A DNA stretch of 64,000 nucleotides from Thermoanaerobaculia bacterium (GCA_963816185.1 CAWFJJ010000030.1:480001-544000), one strand, 5' to 3'; shown: positions 22,318-33,476, counted from the stretch's first letter. The notes: generated by a model not told the origin, from the sequence alone. Numbers and translations: made by a program.

Positions 22318-23246
22318 TCGAGACCCGGGGCCTCACCCGGAAGTTCGAGAGAGTCGAGGCCCTGAAGGGAATCGACCTGTCGATCGACAAGGGCGAGCTC
22401 TTCGCGCTCATCGGACCCGACGGCGCCGGCAAGACGACGTTGTTCCGAATAATCGCCGGCCTTCTCGCACCAACCGCGGGCATCGTGCGCATGGCGGAAA
22501 ACATCGCGTTTGGCTTCGTCCCGCAGCGCTTCAGCCTCTACGAAGACCTTTCGATCGACGAGAACCTCTCGCTCAGGGCGCGGCTCTACGACATCCCCGA
22601 CGACGTGGCGGCGAATCGCGCGAAGGACCTCCTGGCACGCGTCGGCCTCGACCGCTTTGGGCGTCGTCTCGCGGGGGCGCTCTCGGGGGGCATGAAGCAG
22701 AAGCTCGCGCTCGTCTCGGCGCTGATGACGCAGCCGCCGCTCCTTCTTCTCGACGAGCCGACGACAGGCGTCGATCCGGTCTCGCGCCGCGAGTTCTGGC
22801 TGCTCCTCAACCGGCTGCATCACGAGGGCCTGACGATCGTCGTCTCGACGCCGTACATGGACGAGGCGGAGTACGCCACTCATCTCGCGTTCCTCGACCG
22901 GGGACGCCTGTCCGCTTTCGGCACACGCGGAGAGATCCTCGCCTCGTATCCGCGGCCGCTCGTCGAGGTTCGGTCGTCGAAGAGGTTCGAGGTCAAGAAG
23001 AGACTCGAAAGCGTGGAAGAGGTCGACGACGTCTCGCTTTTCGGGACGAGGCTGCACGTTCGCGGAAGAGAAAAGAAGGAGAAGGCGGGGGATTTCTTAG
23101 AAGGTAGATTGCGCGATGCGCTGGCGGGGCTCGTCCCGGCGGACGACATCCGGCGGGTGCAACCCAGCCTCGAAGACGCATTCGTGCTATTCAGCGAGGC
23201 TGAAGAGCCGGAGGAAAAAGGCGCGGAAAAGGGAGAGGCCGCATGA
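22314..23246 (+). CDS. ABC transporter ATP-binding protein (YbhF-like, first)
   Basis: GPDGAGKTT, LSGGMKQK, LLLDEPTTGVDP; GTGA overlap with the MFP stop. Confidence 0.92.
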   Translation: MIETRGLTRKFERVEALKGIDLSIDKGELFALIGPDGAGKTTLFRIIAGLLAPTAGIVRMAENIAFGFVPQRFSLYEDLSIDENLSLRARLYDIPDDVAANRAKDLLARVGLDRFGRRLAGALSGGMKQKLALVSALMTQPPLLLLDEPTTGVDPVSRREFWLLLNRLHHEGLTIVVSTPYMDEAEYATHLAFLDRGRLSAFGTRGEILASYPRPLVEVRSSKRFEVKKRLESVEEVDDVSLFGTRLHVRGREKKEKAGDFLEGRLRDALAGLVPADDIRRVQPSLEDAFVLFSEAEEPEEKGAEKGEAA

Positions 23247-24322
23247 GCGACCAGCCCCCAGGCCGCGCGCCGGCCTCCCCCCCGCCGCCTTCTAAGAAGT
23301 CTTCCTCTTCGCCCTCGTCTTCCTCCTCTCCGAATTCCTCTTCCCCTTCTAAGAGATCTCTCTCTTCCTCTTCTTCGTCCTCCTTCCTGAGCTGTGAGAA
23401 CCTGACGCGGAAGTTCGGCACGTTCGTCGCCGTCGACCACGTCTCGTTCGACGTTCCCCGCGGCAAGGTCTTCGGCTTTCTCGGCCCGAACGGCTCGGGG
23501 AAGTCCACGACGATCCGGATGTTGACGGGGCTCCTCGCACCCTCCGACGGGAGCGCGCACATGCAGCCGGATGGCCGGACGCTCGACGTCGCGCGCGACA
23601 CCGACGCGTGGAAGACGCATCTCGGGTACATGAGCCAGAAGTTCTCTCTCTATCTCGACCTGACGGTGGAGGAGAACCTGTCGTTCTTCGGATCCATTTA
23701 CGGCCTTCCAAAAGAGCGCCTTGCCGGCCGCATCAAGGAGCTGTCCGGGCGCCTGCACTTCACGAAGCTCCTGCCGGCGCTCACGGAAGGGCTCTCGACG
23801 GGCTATCGCCAGCGCGTCGCGCTCGCGGCCGCGCTCCTCCACGAGCCGGAGCTCCTGTTCCTGGACGAGCCGACCGGCGGGGTCGATCCGAGAGGACGGC
23901 GCCTCTTCTGGGATCTCATCTACGAGCTCGCGGCCGACAAGGGAATGACCGTCCTCGTCACCACGCATTACATGGACGAGGCCGAGCAATGCGACCGGCT
24001 CGCGTTCATCCTCGACGGAGCGCTCATCGCCGAAGGGGCGCCGCCCGACCTCAAGCGCGACCTCGCCGACCGCATCGTGCAGGTCACGCCACCCTCCGAC
24101 CCGTTCCTGGCGCTCGAGGAGGTCCAGCGGGATTCCGCGCTCGAGGACGCGTATCTCTTCGGGGCACGGCTTCGCGCGGTCGCGAAGCCCGGCACGGTCG
24201 AGGCCGCCCGGAGCCTGCTCGCCCGCTTCGCCCCGCCGGAGCCCGCCGAGCCCTCGCTCGAGGACGTGTTCGTCTCGCTCGCGCGCAAGCAGAAGAGGTC
24301 ACGGGAGGAGGTCGCGGCATGA
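23243..24322 (+). CDS. ABC transporter ATP-binding protein (second) with Ser-rich N-terminal extension
   Basis: GPNGSGKST, LFLDEPTGGVDP, TTHYMDEAE. Confidence 0.92.
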   Translation: MSDQPPGRAPASPPPPSKKSSSSPSSSSSPNSSSPSKRSLSSSSSSSFLSCENLTRKFGTFVAVDHVSFDVPRGKVFGFLGPNGSGKSTTIRMLTGLLAPSDGSAHMQPDGRTLDVARDTDAWKTHLGYMSQKFSLYLDLTVEENLSFFGSIYGLPKERLAGRIKELSGRLHFTKLLPALTEGLSTGYRQRVALAAALLHEPELLFLDEPTGGVDPRGRRLFWDLIYELAADKGMTVLVTTHYMDEAEQCDRLAFILDGALIAEGAPPDLKRDLADRIVQVTPPSDPFLALEEVQRDSALEDAYLFGARLRAVAKPGTVEAARSLLARFAPPEPAEPSLEDVFVSLARKQKRSREEVAA

Positions 24323-25434
24323 AACGATTCCTGGCCCTCGCCCGCAAGGAGTTCCTGCAGCTCAAGAGGGACCCCCTGACGCTGCGCATGATCGTCATGG
24401 TCCCGCTCCTGCAGACGATGATCTTCGGCTACGCGATCAACTTCGACGTCAAGCACCTGACAACGGCGGTCCTCGACGAATCGCGCTCGTACGAGAGCCG
24501 CGAGCTCGTTGCGAAGATGACCGCGAGCGAGTACTTCGACGTCGTGAGGTATGTCGAGTCGCAGGCGGAGCTCCGGCGCGAGATCGACTCGGCGCACGCG
24601 TCCGTCGGCCTCGTGATCGATGCGAACTTCGGGAAGGACATCCACCGCAGCGCGCCGGCGCACGCGCTCCTCATCGTGAACGCGTCGGACACGACGACCT
24701 CGTCGCAGGCGATGGCGATCGCGAGCGGGATCGCGAACGGCCTGTCGATCAACCTTCTCGCTCAGCGCGCGGGCTGGAAGAGCTCCTCGCTGCCGGTCGA
24801 CGTGCGCGTCAGGCCCTGGTACAACCCGGATCTCCGCACGGCGACGTTCATCATCCCCGGCCTCATCGCGATCATCCTGACGTTCACGCTCATCCAGTTC
24901 ACGGCGATGGCGATCGTCCGCGAGAGGGAACGCGGCACGCTCGAGCAGCTCCAGGTCACGCCGGTGACGCGCATCGAGCTCATCCTCGGCAAGATCGCGC
25001 CTTTCGTCGTGATCGGATTCTTCCAGCTCACGCTCATCATCGTTCTGATGCGGTTCCTGTTCCAGGTGCCGATCGCGGGCAGCGTCCTCGAGCTCTATGC
25101 CGCCGGGCTCATGTTCATCGCGGCCGTGCTCGGACTCGGAATGCTCCTGTCCACGCTCGCGAAAACGCAGATGCAGGCGATGCAGATGTCGTTCTTCTTC
25201 CTCCTGCCGTTCGTGTTCCTGTCGGGCTACGTCTTCCCGATCGACGGGATGCCGAAGTTCTTCCAGTTCATCACGTACCTGATCCCGGCGAAGTACTTCA
25301 TCCAGATCGTGCGCGGCATCGTGCTGAGGGGCGCGAACCTGTCCGAGCTTCTCGAGCCGATCGCGTGGCTCACCGGTTTCACGATCTTCATCATCGTCCT
25401 GGCGATCGCGCGGTTCCGGAAGACAACGGCGTAG
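24319..25434 (+). CDS. ABC-2 type permease (YbhR/YbhS-like)
   Basis: KEFLQLKRD, YNPDL, IVRERERGTLEQL, FLSGYVFP; ATGA overlap. Confidence 0.92.
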   Translation: MKRFLALARKEFLQLKRDPLTLRMIVMVPLLQTMIFGYAINFDVKHLTTAVLDESRSYESRELVAKMTASEYFDVVRYVESQAELRREIDSAHASVGLVIDANFGKDIHRSAPAHALLIVNASDTTTSSQAMAIASGIANGLSINLLAQRAGWKSSSLPVDVRVRPWYNPDLRTATFIIPGLIAIILTFTLIQFTAMAIVRERERGTLEQLQVTPVTRIELILGKIAPFVVIGFFQLTLIIVLMRFLFQVPIAGSVLELYAAGLMFIAAVLGLGMLLSTLAKTQMQAMQMSFFFLLPFVFLSGYVFPIDGMPKFFQFITYLIPAKYFIQIVRGIVLRGANLSELLEPIAWLTGFTIFIIVLAIARFRKTTA

Positions 25435-25444
25435 GCGCGGGCGC

Positions 25445-26110
25445 ATGATGGACGGGGCCATGGAAGCCGAAGACGAACAGCCCGCGAAACCGGTCCTGAG
25501 GGGCGTCCTCCACGAGGTCGCCGCGTTTGCGGCGGCGGTCGCCGGGGGCGTCCTCGTCCTCAACGCCTCCGGGCCGCGCGCACGCGCCGGGGCGATCGTC
25601 TACGGGGTCTCCCTCGTCGCGCTCTTCGCCGTGAGCGCCATCTACCACCGGCCCACGTGGTCCGAGCGCGTCCGCCGGGTTCTCAGGCGCGTCGACCATT
25701 CCGCGATCTTCCTGCTCATCGCCGGGACGTACACGCCGTTCGCTTTCCTTCTCGAGAACCGCGCGGGATGGGTTCTGCTCGGCGTCGTGTGGGCTGGCGC
25801 GCTCGTCGGGATCGTCCTGTCCATCGCATGGGTGGGGGCGCCGAAGGTCCTCGTCGCCGCCGTGTGCGTCCTCCTCGGCTGGGCGGCCCTTCCGATCCTG
25901 CCGGCGCTGAAAGCGGCGCTCGGAACGGGAGCCGTCGTCCTGCTCGCCGCGGGCGGCGTCGTGTACAGCCTGGGCGCGATCGTTTACGCCGTCCGGCGTC
26001 CGAATCCCTTTCCCAGGGTCTTCGGGTACCACGAGGTCTTCCACGCGCTCGTGATCATCGCGGCCGCCTGCCATTTCGCGGTCGTGGCGGAAGCGATCCG
26101 GGCGCTCTGA
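25445..26110 (+). CDS. Hemolysin III / PAQR (TrhA) family membrane protein
   Basis: SAIYHR, DHSAIFLLIAGTYTP, GYHEVFH; start may be 25460. Confidence 0.92.
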   Translation: MMDGAMEAEDEQPAKPVLRGVLHEVAAFAAAVAGGVLVLNASGPRARAGAIVYGVSLVALFAVSAIYHRPTWSERVRRVLRRVDHSAIFLLIAGTYTPFAFLLENRAGWVLLGVVWAGALVGIVLSIAWVGAPKVLVAAVCVLLGWAALPILPALKAALGTGAVVLLAAGGVVYSLGAIVYAVRRPNPFPRVFGYHEVFHALVIIAAACHFAVVAEAIRAL

Positions 26111-26149
26111 CGACAGCCCCGGCGCGCGGGCGGTCCGGCGGCCGTATCG

Positions 26150-26413
26150 TCAGTGGCCGGAGCAAACGGGCACGGACCCGAGGGAGACCTCGTCCCCGCG
26201 ATGCTCGAGCTTGCCGTGCGACGCGAGGAAAGCGAGCACCTCGTGGAACGAGAAGCGGTCGCCATGGCAGTTCCCGTACACCGCGTCGACGCCGAACGCG
26301 CCGGACGCCGCGTTTCGGAGAGCTTCGACGCTCGCTTTCCCTCCCATCTGCTGGAGAAGGGAAAGCAGGTCGTGACCGAAAACGGGCGCACGCGCCGGGA
26401 CGAGACTGTTCAT
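26150..26413 (-). CDS. YecH (DUF2492)-like small metal-binding protein
   Basis: GHDLL...FG.DA.Y..C...E...FLA..GK...C..H matches the YecH pattern. Confidence 0.65.
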   Translation of the reverse strand: MNSLVPARAPVFGHDLLSLLQQMGGKASVEALRNAASGAFGVDAVYGNCHGDRFSFHEVLAFLASHGKLEHRGDEVSLGSVPVCSGH

Positions 26414-26993
26414 TCGAAAAGGCTAGCACGCAAAGGACGACGCCTCCCTGGCATTCCGCGTGATTCAGATGCTTCAAGGGCACTCTTGGGGCCGCCCGGA
26501 GGCTCAACCCGAAGCGTGACGAGCAACCGTCCCACGCGTCCGTTCCCATCCAGGAAAGGATGGATCGTCTCGAACTGCACGTGAGCCATGGCGGCTTTCT
26601 CGAGCGGAGGCGTGCGCACGGGATCGTCGTGGAGAAAGCGTTCGAGCGCCGCCATGCACTCTTCGACGCGATCCGGAGGCGGCGGAACAAAGTGCGCGTT
26701 TCCCGGACGCGTGCCCCCGATCCAGATCTGGGTGCGCCGAAACTCGCCAGGCGTCCTGTCGGCACCGCGCCCCTTCGCCAGAAGAACTTCGTGAATCTCG
26801 CGCAGGAGGCGGTTCGAGAGCGGGAAGTCCGCTCGCAGTCGCTTGAGGCCGTGTTCGAGCGCCGCGACGTAGCGGGATACCTCCGTGACGTCGTCGAGCG
26901 GTACCCCCGAAATCTCCTCGAGTTCGAAGAGAAGCAGGTCGGAAAGGGACGACTGCGTCCCCTCTATTTGCGACGAGAGGACAGCCGTTTCAT
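26410..26993 (-). pseudogene. Fic family protein remnant
   Basis: AVLSSQIEGTQSSLSDL...PGEFRRTQIWIGG...HVQFETIHPFLDGNGRVGR; SD plus ATG-AAA-CGG at 26993 is out of frame with this body; homology stops just after the Fic motif. Confidence 0.85.
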
Positions 26994-27016
26994 GGATTCC
27001 TTCCCTTGAAACGAAC

Positions 27017-27063
27017 CTTTAATAGCAACCCACGCTATTAAAGCGGCCGTATCCTTTAATAGC
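27017..27063. promoter_or_regulatory. Triple 10-bp box (operator-like) upstream of the fic remnant
   Basis: CTTTAATAGC 27017-26, GCTATTAAAG 27034-43 (perfect inverse), CTTTAATAGC 27054-63. Confidence 0.7.
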
Positions 27064-27112
27064 GTCTCGCGGGGCGAAAGGAGCCAAGCGACGAGCGAGG
27101 TCGCAGCGGCGG

Positions 27113-27364
27113 TTAGTTCTCCTCGAACCCGCGTCCGGCGCCGCAGACTTCCGGCATGCGGCAGGCGCCGCCGCCGCAGGCGGTCGAAGGATCGAAGGCG
27201 CCCCTGGACGGCGACGCCGGCGGCGCTGCGAACGTCGAGAGCAGGCGCGAGACCTTCTTCGAACCGCACGACGAGCATTTCGGCGGCCGCGCCGTGTCGC
27301 CCGCAAGGACGAGGTCCTCGGTCTTCTTACCGCAATCCGAACACCGATATTCCAGAAGAGGCAT
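27113..27364 (-). CDS. FmdB family zinc-ribbon protein
   Basis: MPLLEYRCSDCG...CSSCGS...RLLSTFA, C-terminal CGGGAC. Confidence 0.88.
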   Translation of the reverse strand: MPLLEYRCSDCGKKTEDLVLAGDTARPPKCSSCGSKKVSRLLSTFAAPPASPSRGAFDPSTACGGGACRMPEVCGAGRGFEEN

Positions 27365-27521
27365 GAAACGCTCCCACCGCCCATTCTACGGCCTCACGAG
27401 GCGTGGGACGACGCCTACCCTCGCGCGGCGGCGTGCGGCTGATTCAAATGCTCCATGCGGACGCCCTCCGCCGGGCCCACGTTTCGAACGGAGGCTCGAA
27501 AGGGCCTCTCGAGGAGGATTC

Positions 27522-27980
27522 ATGCGCGTCCAGGACGTGATGACCCGCCATGTGGAGACGATCGACGGTCAGGAGAACGCGCAGGTCGCGTTCGATTCCA
27601 TGAAGCTCAAGGGGATCCGGCATCTTGTCGTCAAGAGAGACTCGGAGCTCGTGGGCGTGCTCTCGAAGCGCGACCTGGGTGTGCCCGATCAGTACGACTT
27701 CCGCGAGAAGCACCGCGTCGCCGAGCTGATGACGCCGCAGGTCGTGACGGCCAGCCCGGACATGTCGGTCAGGCAGGCCGCGAACCTGATGCGCGGCCGC
27801 GCGATCGGATGCCTGCCCGTCGTGGAGGAGGGGCGCCGGAGCCGGCTCGTCGGCATCGTCACCGTGTCCGATCTCCTCGAGCTGCTCGGGCGCGGCGTCG
27901 ACCGCCCGGCGCAGGGCAGGCGCCTGACACTCAAGACACGGGCTCCGCGCGTCGACTCCAAGGCGAAGCGAATGCGCTAG
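27522..27980 (+). CDS. CBS domain pair protein
   Basis: VQDVMT, IRHLVV, VAELMT, IGCLPVV, GIVTVSDLL; GAGGAGG SD. Confidence 0.9.
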   Translation: MRVQDVMTRHVETIDGQENAQVAFDSMKLKGIRHLVVKRDSELVGVLSKRDLGVPDQYDFREKHRVAELMTPQVVTASPDMSVRQAANLMRGRAIGCLPVVEEGRRSRLVGIVTVSDLLELLGRGVDRPAQGRRLTLKTRAPRVDSKAKRMR

Positions 27981-27984
27981 GGGC

Positions 27985-30444
27985 TCAGAGCGCGACCCGG
28001 CGGAGCCGGAGCGCATTCGAGATCACGGACACCGAGCTCATCGTCATCGCGGCGCTCGCGATCACGGGCGAAAGGAGGAGCCCGAAGAACGGGTAGAGCA
28101 CGCCGGCCGCGATCGGGATGCCGATCACGTTGTACACGAACGCGAACGCGAGGTTCTGCCGGATATTTCTCATCGTCGCCTTCGAGAGGCGGCGTGCGCG
28201 CACGAGGCCCGAGAGGTCTCCTTTGAGAAGCGTCACATCCGCGCTCTCGATCGCGATATCGGTCCCGGTTCCCATCGCGATGCCCACGTCTGCAGCGGCG
28301 AGCGCCGGCGCGTCGTTCACACCGTCTCCCGCCATCGCGACGATCCGGCCCTCTCTTTTGAGGCGCGCCACGGCCTCGGCCTTGGCCGTCGGCAGCACTC
28401 CCGCGACGATCTCGTCGATCCCGAGCTCCATACCCACATTTTCGGCGGTCGCCTTCGCGTCGCCCGTGAGCATCACGACGCGAATTCCCAGGCCGTGCAT
28501 CTCGGCGATGGCGGCCGCTGCGGGGCCCTTGATCGGATCGGCCGCCGAGAGAAAGCCCGCCGGCTTGCCGTCCACGGCTACGAAGAGGACCGTGTGACCT
28601 TTCGCGCGCTCGGCGTCCGCTTCGGCGAGGAGGTCGTTCGGAAAGGGAGAAGAAGAGGAAGAGGAAGAGGAAGAGGAAAAGGAAGATTTTTCTTCGAATA
28701 GAGGAAGGGAACCGAGCACGACGGATCGGCCGTCCACCTTGCCCGCGATGCCCTTTCCGGGGATTGAAGAGAATTCCTTCGAAGGTGAAAGAGTCAGGCC
28801 CGCCGCCTCGGCGGCGGCGGCGACCGCAGCCGCCAAAGGGTGCTCGCTCGCGCGCTCGAGCGAGGCGGCCAGGCGCAGCAATTCCTTTTCATCGAACGCG
28901 CCGAAGGCGCGAATCTTCTCGACCTTCGGCTTCCCCTCCGTCAGCGTGCCCGTCTTGTCTACGACGAGCGTGTCCACTTTCTCGAGCTTCTCGAGCGCCT
29001 CGGCGTTCTTCACGAGGATGCCGGCCTGCGCGCCCCGCCCCGTGCCGACCATGATCGACATCGGCGTCGCGAGGCCGAGCGCACAGGGACACGCGATGAT
29101 GAGGACGGCGACGGCGTTCACGAGCGCGTGCGCGAGGCGCGGCTCCGGGCCGAACACCGCCCAGGCGGCGAACGTCAGGACCGAGACCAGAACGACCGCG
29201 GGCACGAACCACGACGCGACCACGTCCGCGAGGCGCTGGATGGGCGCGCGGCTGCGCTGGGCTTGGCCGACCAGGCGCACGATCTGGGCAAGGAGCGTGT
29301 CTCGTCCCACGCGCTCGGCCTTTACCACGATGCCGCCGACGCTGTTGAGCGTGCCGCCCGTCACCGTGCTCCCCCTCGTCTTCTCCACCGGCACCGGCTC
29401 GCCCGTCAGCATCGATTCGTCCACCGCGCTCGCGCCTTCGACGACGAGCCCGTCCACAGGCACTCTCTCGCCCGGCCTCACGCGCAGCCGGTCTCCGACG
29501 CGCACGTCCTCGAGTGGGACGTCCGCTTCGACGCCCGAGGCCTCGATCCGGCGCGCCGTCTTCGGCGCGAGGCCCAGGAGCGCCCGGATCGCCCCCGAGG
29601 TTCGCGCGCGCGCCCTCAGCTCGAGCACCTGCCCGAGGAGGACGAGAGTCGTGATGCCCGCCGCGGCCTCGAAGTAGACGTCGTGTACCGCTCCTGCGCC
29701 AGTGGTGCCGTGGCTCGGGAGATGGTCTGCAAAGTTTCTTTGAAGGCTCAGAAAGACTTCCGCGGTCCTGTAAAGGCTGTACAAGAAAGCCGCGCCCGTT
29801 CCGAGCGCGATGAGGGTGAACATGTTGAGATTCCGCGTTCTCAGCGAGGCCCAGCCTCTCTCGAAGAACGGCCATCCGCACCACAGGACGACCGGCGTCG
29901 CGAGGAGCAGCTGGACGATGAGGTTGAGGCGCGGTGGGAACGAGTCCCTCAGCGCGGGCACCAGCATCGCGCCCATCTCGAAGAGAAACAGCGGAAGCGT
30001 CAGACCCAGGCTCACCCAGAACCGCCGGGACATGTCCCGAAGCTCCGGGTTCTCCTCCTCCGCGGCTGTCGGCATCATCGGCTCGAGCGCCATGCCGCAG
30101 ATCGGGCAGGCTCCGGGCTTGTCCCTGATGATCTCGGGGTCCATGGGGCAGGTCCAGAGAGAGGGACCGGGGGACTTCTTAGAAGGTGAAGAGGGGATGG
30201 GCGCGGCAGGCTGCGACGGCGAGGCTGCTGCGGTGGCGGAAGGGCCTCCAGCGGTGTCCGTCTTTCTATTCGAAGAAAATCTTTCTGGCTCTTTCTTGAA
30301 TTTCTCCGCGCAACCCTTCGCGCAGAAATACCAGGTCTTCCCCCCGTACTCGACCTTCGCCGCGGCGCGCGCGGGATCCACGGTCATTCCGCAGACGGGA
30401 TCGATCTCGCCTGCGGGCGGCGGGGAGTGAACCGGCAGCTGCAA
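27985..30444 (-). CDS. copA: Cu(I)-translocating P1B-type ATPase with YHS and metal-binding domains
   Basis: DPVCGM/FCAKGC (YHS), [45 protein letters not shown]. Confidence 0.93.
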   Translation of the reverse strand: MQLPVHSPPPAGEIDPVCGMTVDPARAAAKVEYGGKTWYFCAKGCAEKFKKEPERFSSNRKTDTAGGPSATAAASPSQPAAPIPSSPSKKSPGPSLWTCPMDPEIIRDKPGACPICGMALEPMMPTAAEEENPELRDMSRRFWVSLGLTLPLFLFEMGAMLVPALRDSFPPRLNLIVQLLLATPVVLWCGWPFFERGWASLRTRNLNMFTLIALGTGAAFLYSLYRTAEVFLSLQRNFADHLPSHGTTGAGAVHDVYFEAAAGITTLVLLGQVLELRARARTSGAIRALLGLAPKTARRIEASGVEADVPLEDVRVGDRLRVRPGERVPVDGLVVEGASAVDESMLTGEPVPVEKTRGSTVTGGTLNSVGGIVVKAERVGRDTLLAQIVRLVGQAQRSRAPIQRLADVVASWFVPAVVLVSVLTFAAWAVFGPEPRLAHALVNAVAVLIIACPCALGLATPMSIMVGTGRGAQAGILVKNAEALEKLEKVDTLVVDKTGTLTEGKPKVEKIRAFGAFDEKELLRLAASLERASEHPLAAAVAAAAEAAGLTLSPSKEFSSIPGKGIAGKVDGRSVVLGSLPLFEEKSSFSSSSSSSSSSPFPNDLLAEADAERAKGHTVLFVAVDGKPAGFLSAADPIKGPAAAAIAEMHGLGIRVVMLTGDAKATAENVGMELGIDEIVAGVLPTAKAEAVARLKREGRIVAMAGDGVNDAPALAAADVGIAMGTGTDIAIESADVTLLKGDLSGLVRARRLSKATMRNIRQNLAFAFVYNVIGIPIAAGVLYPFFGLLLSPVIASAAMTMSSVSVISNALRLRRVAL

Positions 30445-30466
30445 GGAACCCTGTCCGAATCCCGCC

Positions 30467-32530
30467 TCAGCCCCGGATTTCCGAGAAGCGCGCGATGCGC
30501 ACGAACTGGTCGCGGATCGAGCGGAGGAGCGCGATGCGGTTCGCCCTCACCTCGGGATCTTCGGCCATGACGAGGACCTCCGTGAAGAAGAGGTCGAGGC
30601 TCGGGCCGAGGGACGCCATGATGGAAAGTGCGTCGCCGTATCGTCTGTTCGCCACGAGGTCGTCGAGCATGCCGCGCGCCTGCAGGTAGTCGAGCGCGAG
30701 CGCCTTCTCGGCGTCGTCGGTCATCTTCGCCGGGTCGGGTTCGGCGCCCTCGTCTTCGGCCTTCTCGAGGATGTTCTGCATCCTCTTGAACGCGGTCGCG
30801 AGAGGCGCGAAGTCCTGCTCCTTGCGGAGCGCCTCGACGGCCTCCACGCGCTCGGCGGCGTCCACGAGATCCGGGCATGCGGTCGTGAGGACGGCTTCGA
30901 CGGTGTCGGGCTCGTGTCCCTTGCTCTCGAGGAGGAACCGCAAACGCTCGAGGAAGAACGCCGACAGCTCCGGGAGCAGCTCCTCCTTCGTGCGCGGCAG
31001 GCCGCCGTGCAGCGCCGCGGCGTCGGCGCACGCGGCCGGCAGGTCGAGCCGCCACTTCTTGTCGAGAAGGATCCTCACGACGCCGAGAGCCGCGCGCCGG
31101 AGTGCATACGGGTCTCTCGAGCCGGTCGGCGCGAGGCCGAGGCCGAAGAGGCCCGTGAGCGTATCGAGGCGATCGGCGAGCGCCACGGCGCCGCCCACAT
31201 CTCCGCGCGGCACGCCGTCGCCGGGAGAAGCCGGCCGGTAGTGGTCGTACAGCGCCTGCCAGACTTCCTCGCGCTCGCCGTCGCGCCGCGCGTAGAGGCC
31301 GCCCACGACGCCCTGCAGGTCGGGGAACTCGCGCACCATGTCGGTCACGAGGTCCGCCTTCACGAGCCTTGCCGCACGCACGAGCATCCCGTCGAGGTGC
31401 GAGAGGCCGAGGCGCGCGGCGAGCTTCTCGGTGAGATCCTGAATGCGGCCCGTCTTCTTCAGGTAGTCCCCGAGCGACTCCTGGAACTGGAGGTTGCCGA
31501 GCCTCGGGAGGCGATCCTCGAGCCTCGTTTTCCCGTCGTCGTCCCAGAAAAAGCGCGCATCCGAGAAGCGTGCGGCGGTAACCCACTCGTTACCCTGCGC
31601 GATCAGGCCCTTCGGGTCGCCCGTCTGGTCGCAGACGGCGAGGAAGTGCGCGGCGAGCCGGCCGCCCGCGCGCACGGGCAGCATCTTCTGGTGCTCGCGC
31701 ATGGAGGTGACGAGAATCTCCTCGGGCAGCTCGAGGAACGCGGGGTCGAACGACCCGCGGACGACACCAGGCGACTCGACGAGATGCGCCCACGTGTCGA
31801 GGAGGGCGGCATCGTCGGCGGGCTCGCCTCCGACCTCGGCCGCAAGGGCGCGCGAGAGCTCTTCGAAGCGGGTCCTCCGGACGGCGAGATCCATCTCCAC
31901 GTGCGCCGCGCGCAGCTTCTGGAGCCAGTCGGAGACGCCCATCGTGACGATGCGCCCGGGAGCGAGCGTGCGGTGGCCGTACGTCGTGCGCCCGCTTTCG
32001 ACGCCGAAGAGCGCCATCGGGATCACGAGCCCGTCCAGGAGCGCGAGCACGGAGTGAACCGGCCGGACCCACTGCGGCGTGCCGTCGCCCCAGCGCATCA
32101 TGCGCGGAAACGTCATCTTCTCGACGATCGGCGGGAGGATCTCGGCGATCACCTCGTTCGCCGGACGTCCGGGCGTCACCTTGCGCGCGACGAGGTAAGC
32201 GCCCTTCGGCAGCGTCGCGACGCGAAGGTCTTCCACGGCCACGCCCTGGGCCTTCGCGAAGCCCGCCGCCGCCTTCGTCGGGTTGCCGTCCGCGTCGTAG
32301 CCGACCGAGGCCGGCGGGCCGGTGACTTCGGTCTCGGTGTCTCGCTGCTGGTCGGCCACGTCCTGGCCGACGAGGGCGAGCCGGCGCGAGGTCGAATGCA
32401 CCGCGAACGTGCCCCCGAGCCTCGCCTCCGCGAACGCGGCCGTTACGCGCGCGAGAAGCTCCTCGCGAGCCGCCGGCAGGACTCCGGCGGGAATCTCCTC
32501 GGCGAGGATCTCGAACAGCAGCTCAGCCAT
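30467..32530 (-). CDS. glyS: Glycine--tRNA ligase beta subunit
   Basis: [51 protein letters not shown]. Confidence 0.96.
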   Translation of the reverse strand: MAELLFEILAEEIPAGVLPAAREELLARVTAAFAEARLGGTFAVHSTSRRLALVGQDVADQQRDTETEVTGPPASVGYDADGNPTKAAAGFAKAQGVAVEDLRVATLPKGAYLVARKVTPGRPANEVIAEILPPIVEKMTFPRMMRWGDGTPQWVRPVHSVLALLDGLVIPMALFGVESGRTTYGHRTLAPGRIVTMGVSDWLQKLRAAHVEMDLAVRRTRFEELSRALAAEVGGEPADDAALLDTWAHLVESPGVVRGSFDPAFLELPEEILVTSMREHQKMLPVRAGGRLAAHFLAVCDQTGDPKGLIAQGNEWVTAARFSDARFFWDDDGKTRLEDRLPRLGNLQFQESLGDYLKKTGRIQDLTEKLAARLGLSHLDGMLVRAARLVKADLVTDMVREFPDLQGVVGGLYARRDGEREEVWQALYDHYRPASPGDGVPRGDVGGAVALADRLDTLTGLFGLGLAPTGSRDPYALRRAALGVVRILLDKKWRLDLPAACADAAALHGGLPRTKEELLPELSAFFLERLRFLLESKGHEPDTVEAVLTTACPDLVDAAERVEAVEALRKEQDFAPLATAFKRMQNILEKAEDEGAEPDPAKMTDDAEKALALDYLQARGMLDDLVANRRYGDALSIMASLGPSLDLFFTEVLVMAEDPEVRANRIALLRSIRDQFVRIARFSEIRG

Positions 32531-33431
32531 TCCCGGCCTCGTCGTGCGCCGGCGGCGACGCCGGCTTCGGAAGGAGCGGGAAGCCCAGGGCCTCTCGCGA
32601 CGCCACGTAGGCGTTTGCGCAGCCCACGGCGAGGTCGCGCACGCGTCGGATGACGCCGACGCGATCCGTTGCCGAGACGGCGCCGCGCGCGTCGAGGATG
32701 TTGAACGCGTGCGAGCACTTCAGCGCGAGGTCGTACGCCGGAAGCACGAGGCCCGCCTCGAGGCAACGCGCCGCCTCGGCCTCGAAGCGCTCGAACAGCG
32801 TTTGCCAGAGAGCCGTATCGGCCACCTCGAACCCGTATTTCGAGACCTCGTATTCTTCCTGCCTGCGCGCCTCGCCGTACGTGACGCCGGGCGCCCATTC
32901 GATGTCGTACACGCTCTCTCGCTTTGCGAGAAACATCGTGATCCGCTCGAGCCCGTACGTGATCTCGGCCGTGATCGGCGCAAGGTCGATGCCGCCGGCC
33001 TGCTGGAAGTACGTGAACTGCGTGATCTCCATCCCGTCGAGGAGCACCTGCCAGCCGACCCCCCATGCCCCGAGCGTCGGCGACTCCCAGTTGTCCTCCT
33101 CGAAGCGCAGGTCGTGCTCCTTCGGGTCGATGCCGAGGGCGACGAGGCTCTCGACGTAAAGATCCTGCACGTCGGCCGGCGCGGGCTTCAAAACGACCTG
33201 GTATTGCAGGTGCTTCACGAGGCGGAACGGATTCGCGCCATATCGCCCGTCCGCCGGGCGCCTCGAGGGCTGCACGTACGCCGCGCGCCACGGCTCCGGC
33301 CCAAGGACGCGCAGAAACGTGGCCGGATGCATCGTCCCGGCCCCCACCTCGACGTCCCACGGCTGCTCGAGCAGACAGCCCTTCGACGCCCAGTAGGCCG
33401 ACAACCTGAGGATGAGAGTCTGCAGATCCAT
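32523..33431 (-). CDS. glyQ: Glycine--tRNA ligase alpha subunit
   Basis: [47 protein letters not shown]. Confidence 0.97.
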   Translation of the reverse strand: MDLQTLILRLSAYWASKGCLLEQPWDVEVGAGTMHPATFLRVLGPEPWRAAYVQPSRRPADGRYGANPFRLVKHLQYQVVLKPAPADVQDLYVESLVALGIDPKEHDLRFEEDNWESPTLGAWGVGWQVLLDGMEITQFTYFQQAGGIDLAPITAEITYGLERITMFLAKRESVYDIEWAPGVTYGEARRQEEYEVSKYGFEVADTALWQTLFERFEAEAARCLEAGLVLPAYDLALKCSHAFNILDARGAVSATDRVGVIRRVRDLAVGCANAYVASREALGFPLLPKPASPPAHDEAGNG

Positions 33432-33476
33432 TTTGCGAGCCCGTCGTGGGGGTGCCAAGTGTACCGAATCGGGCGT

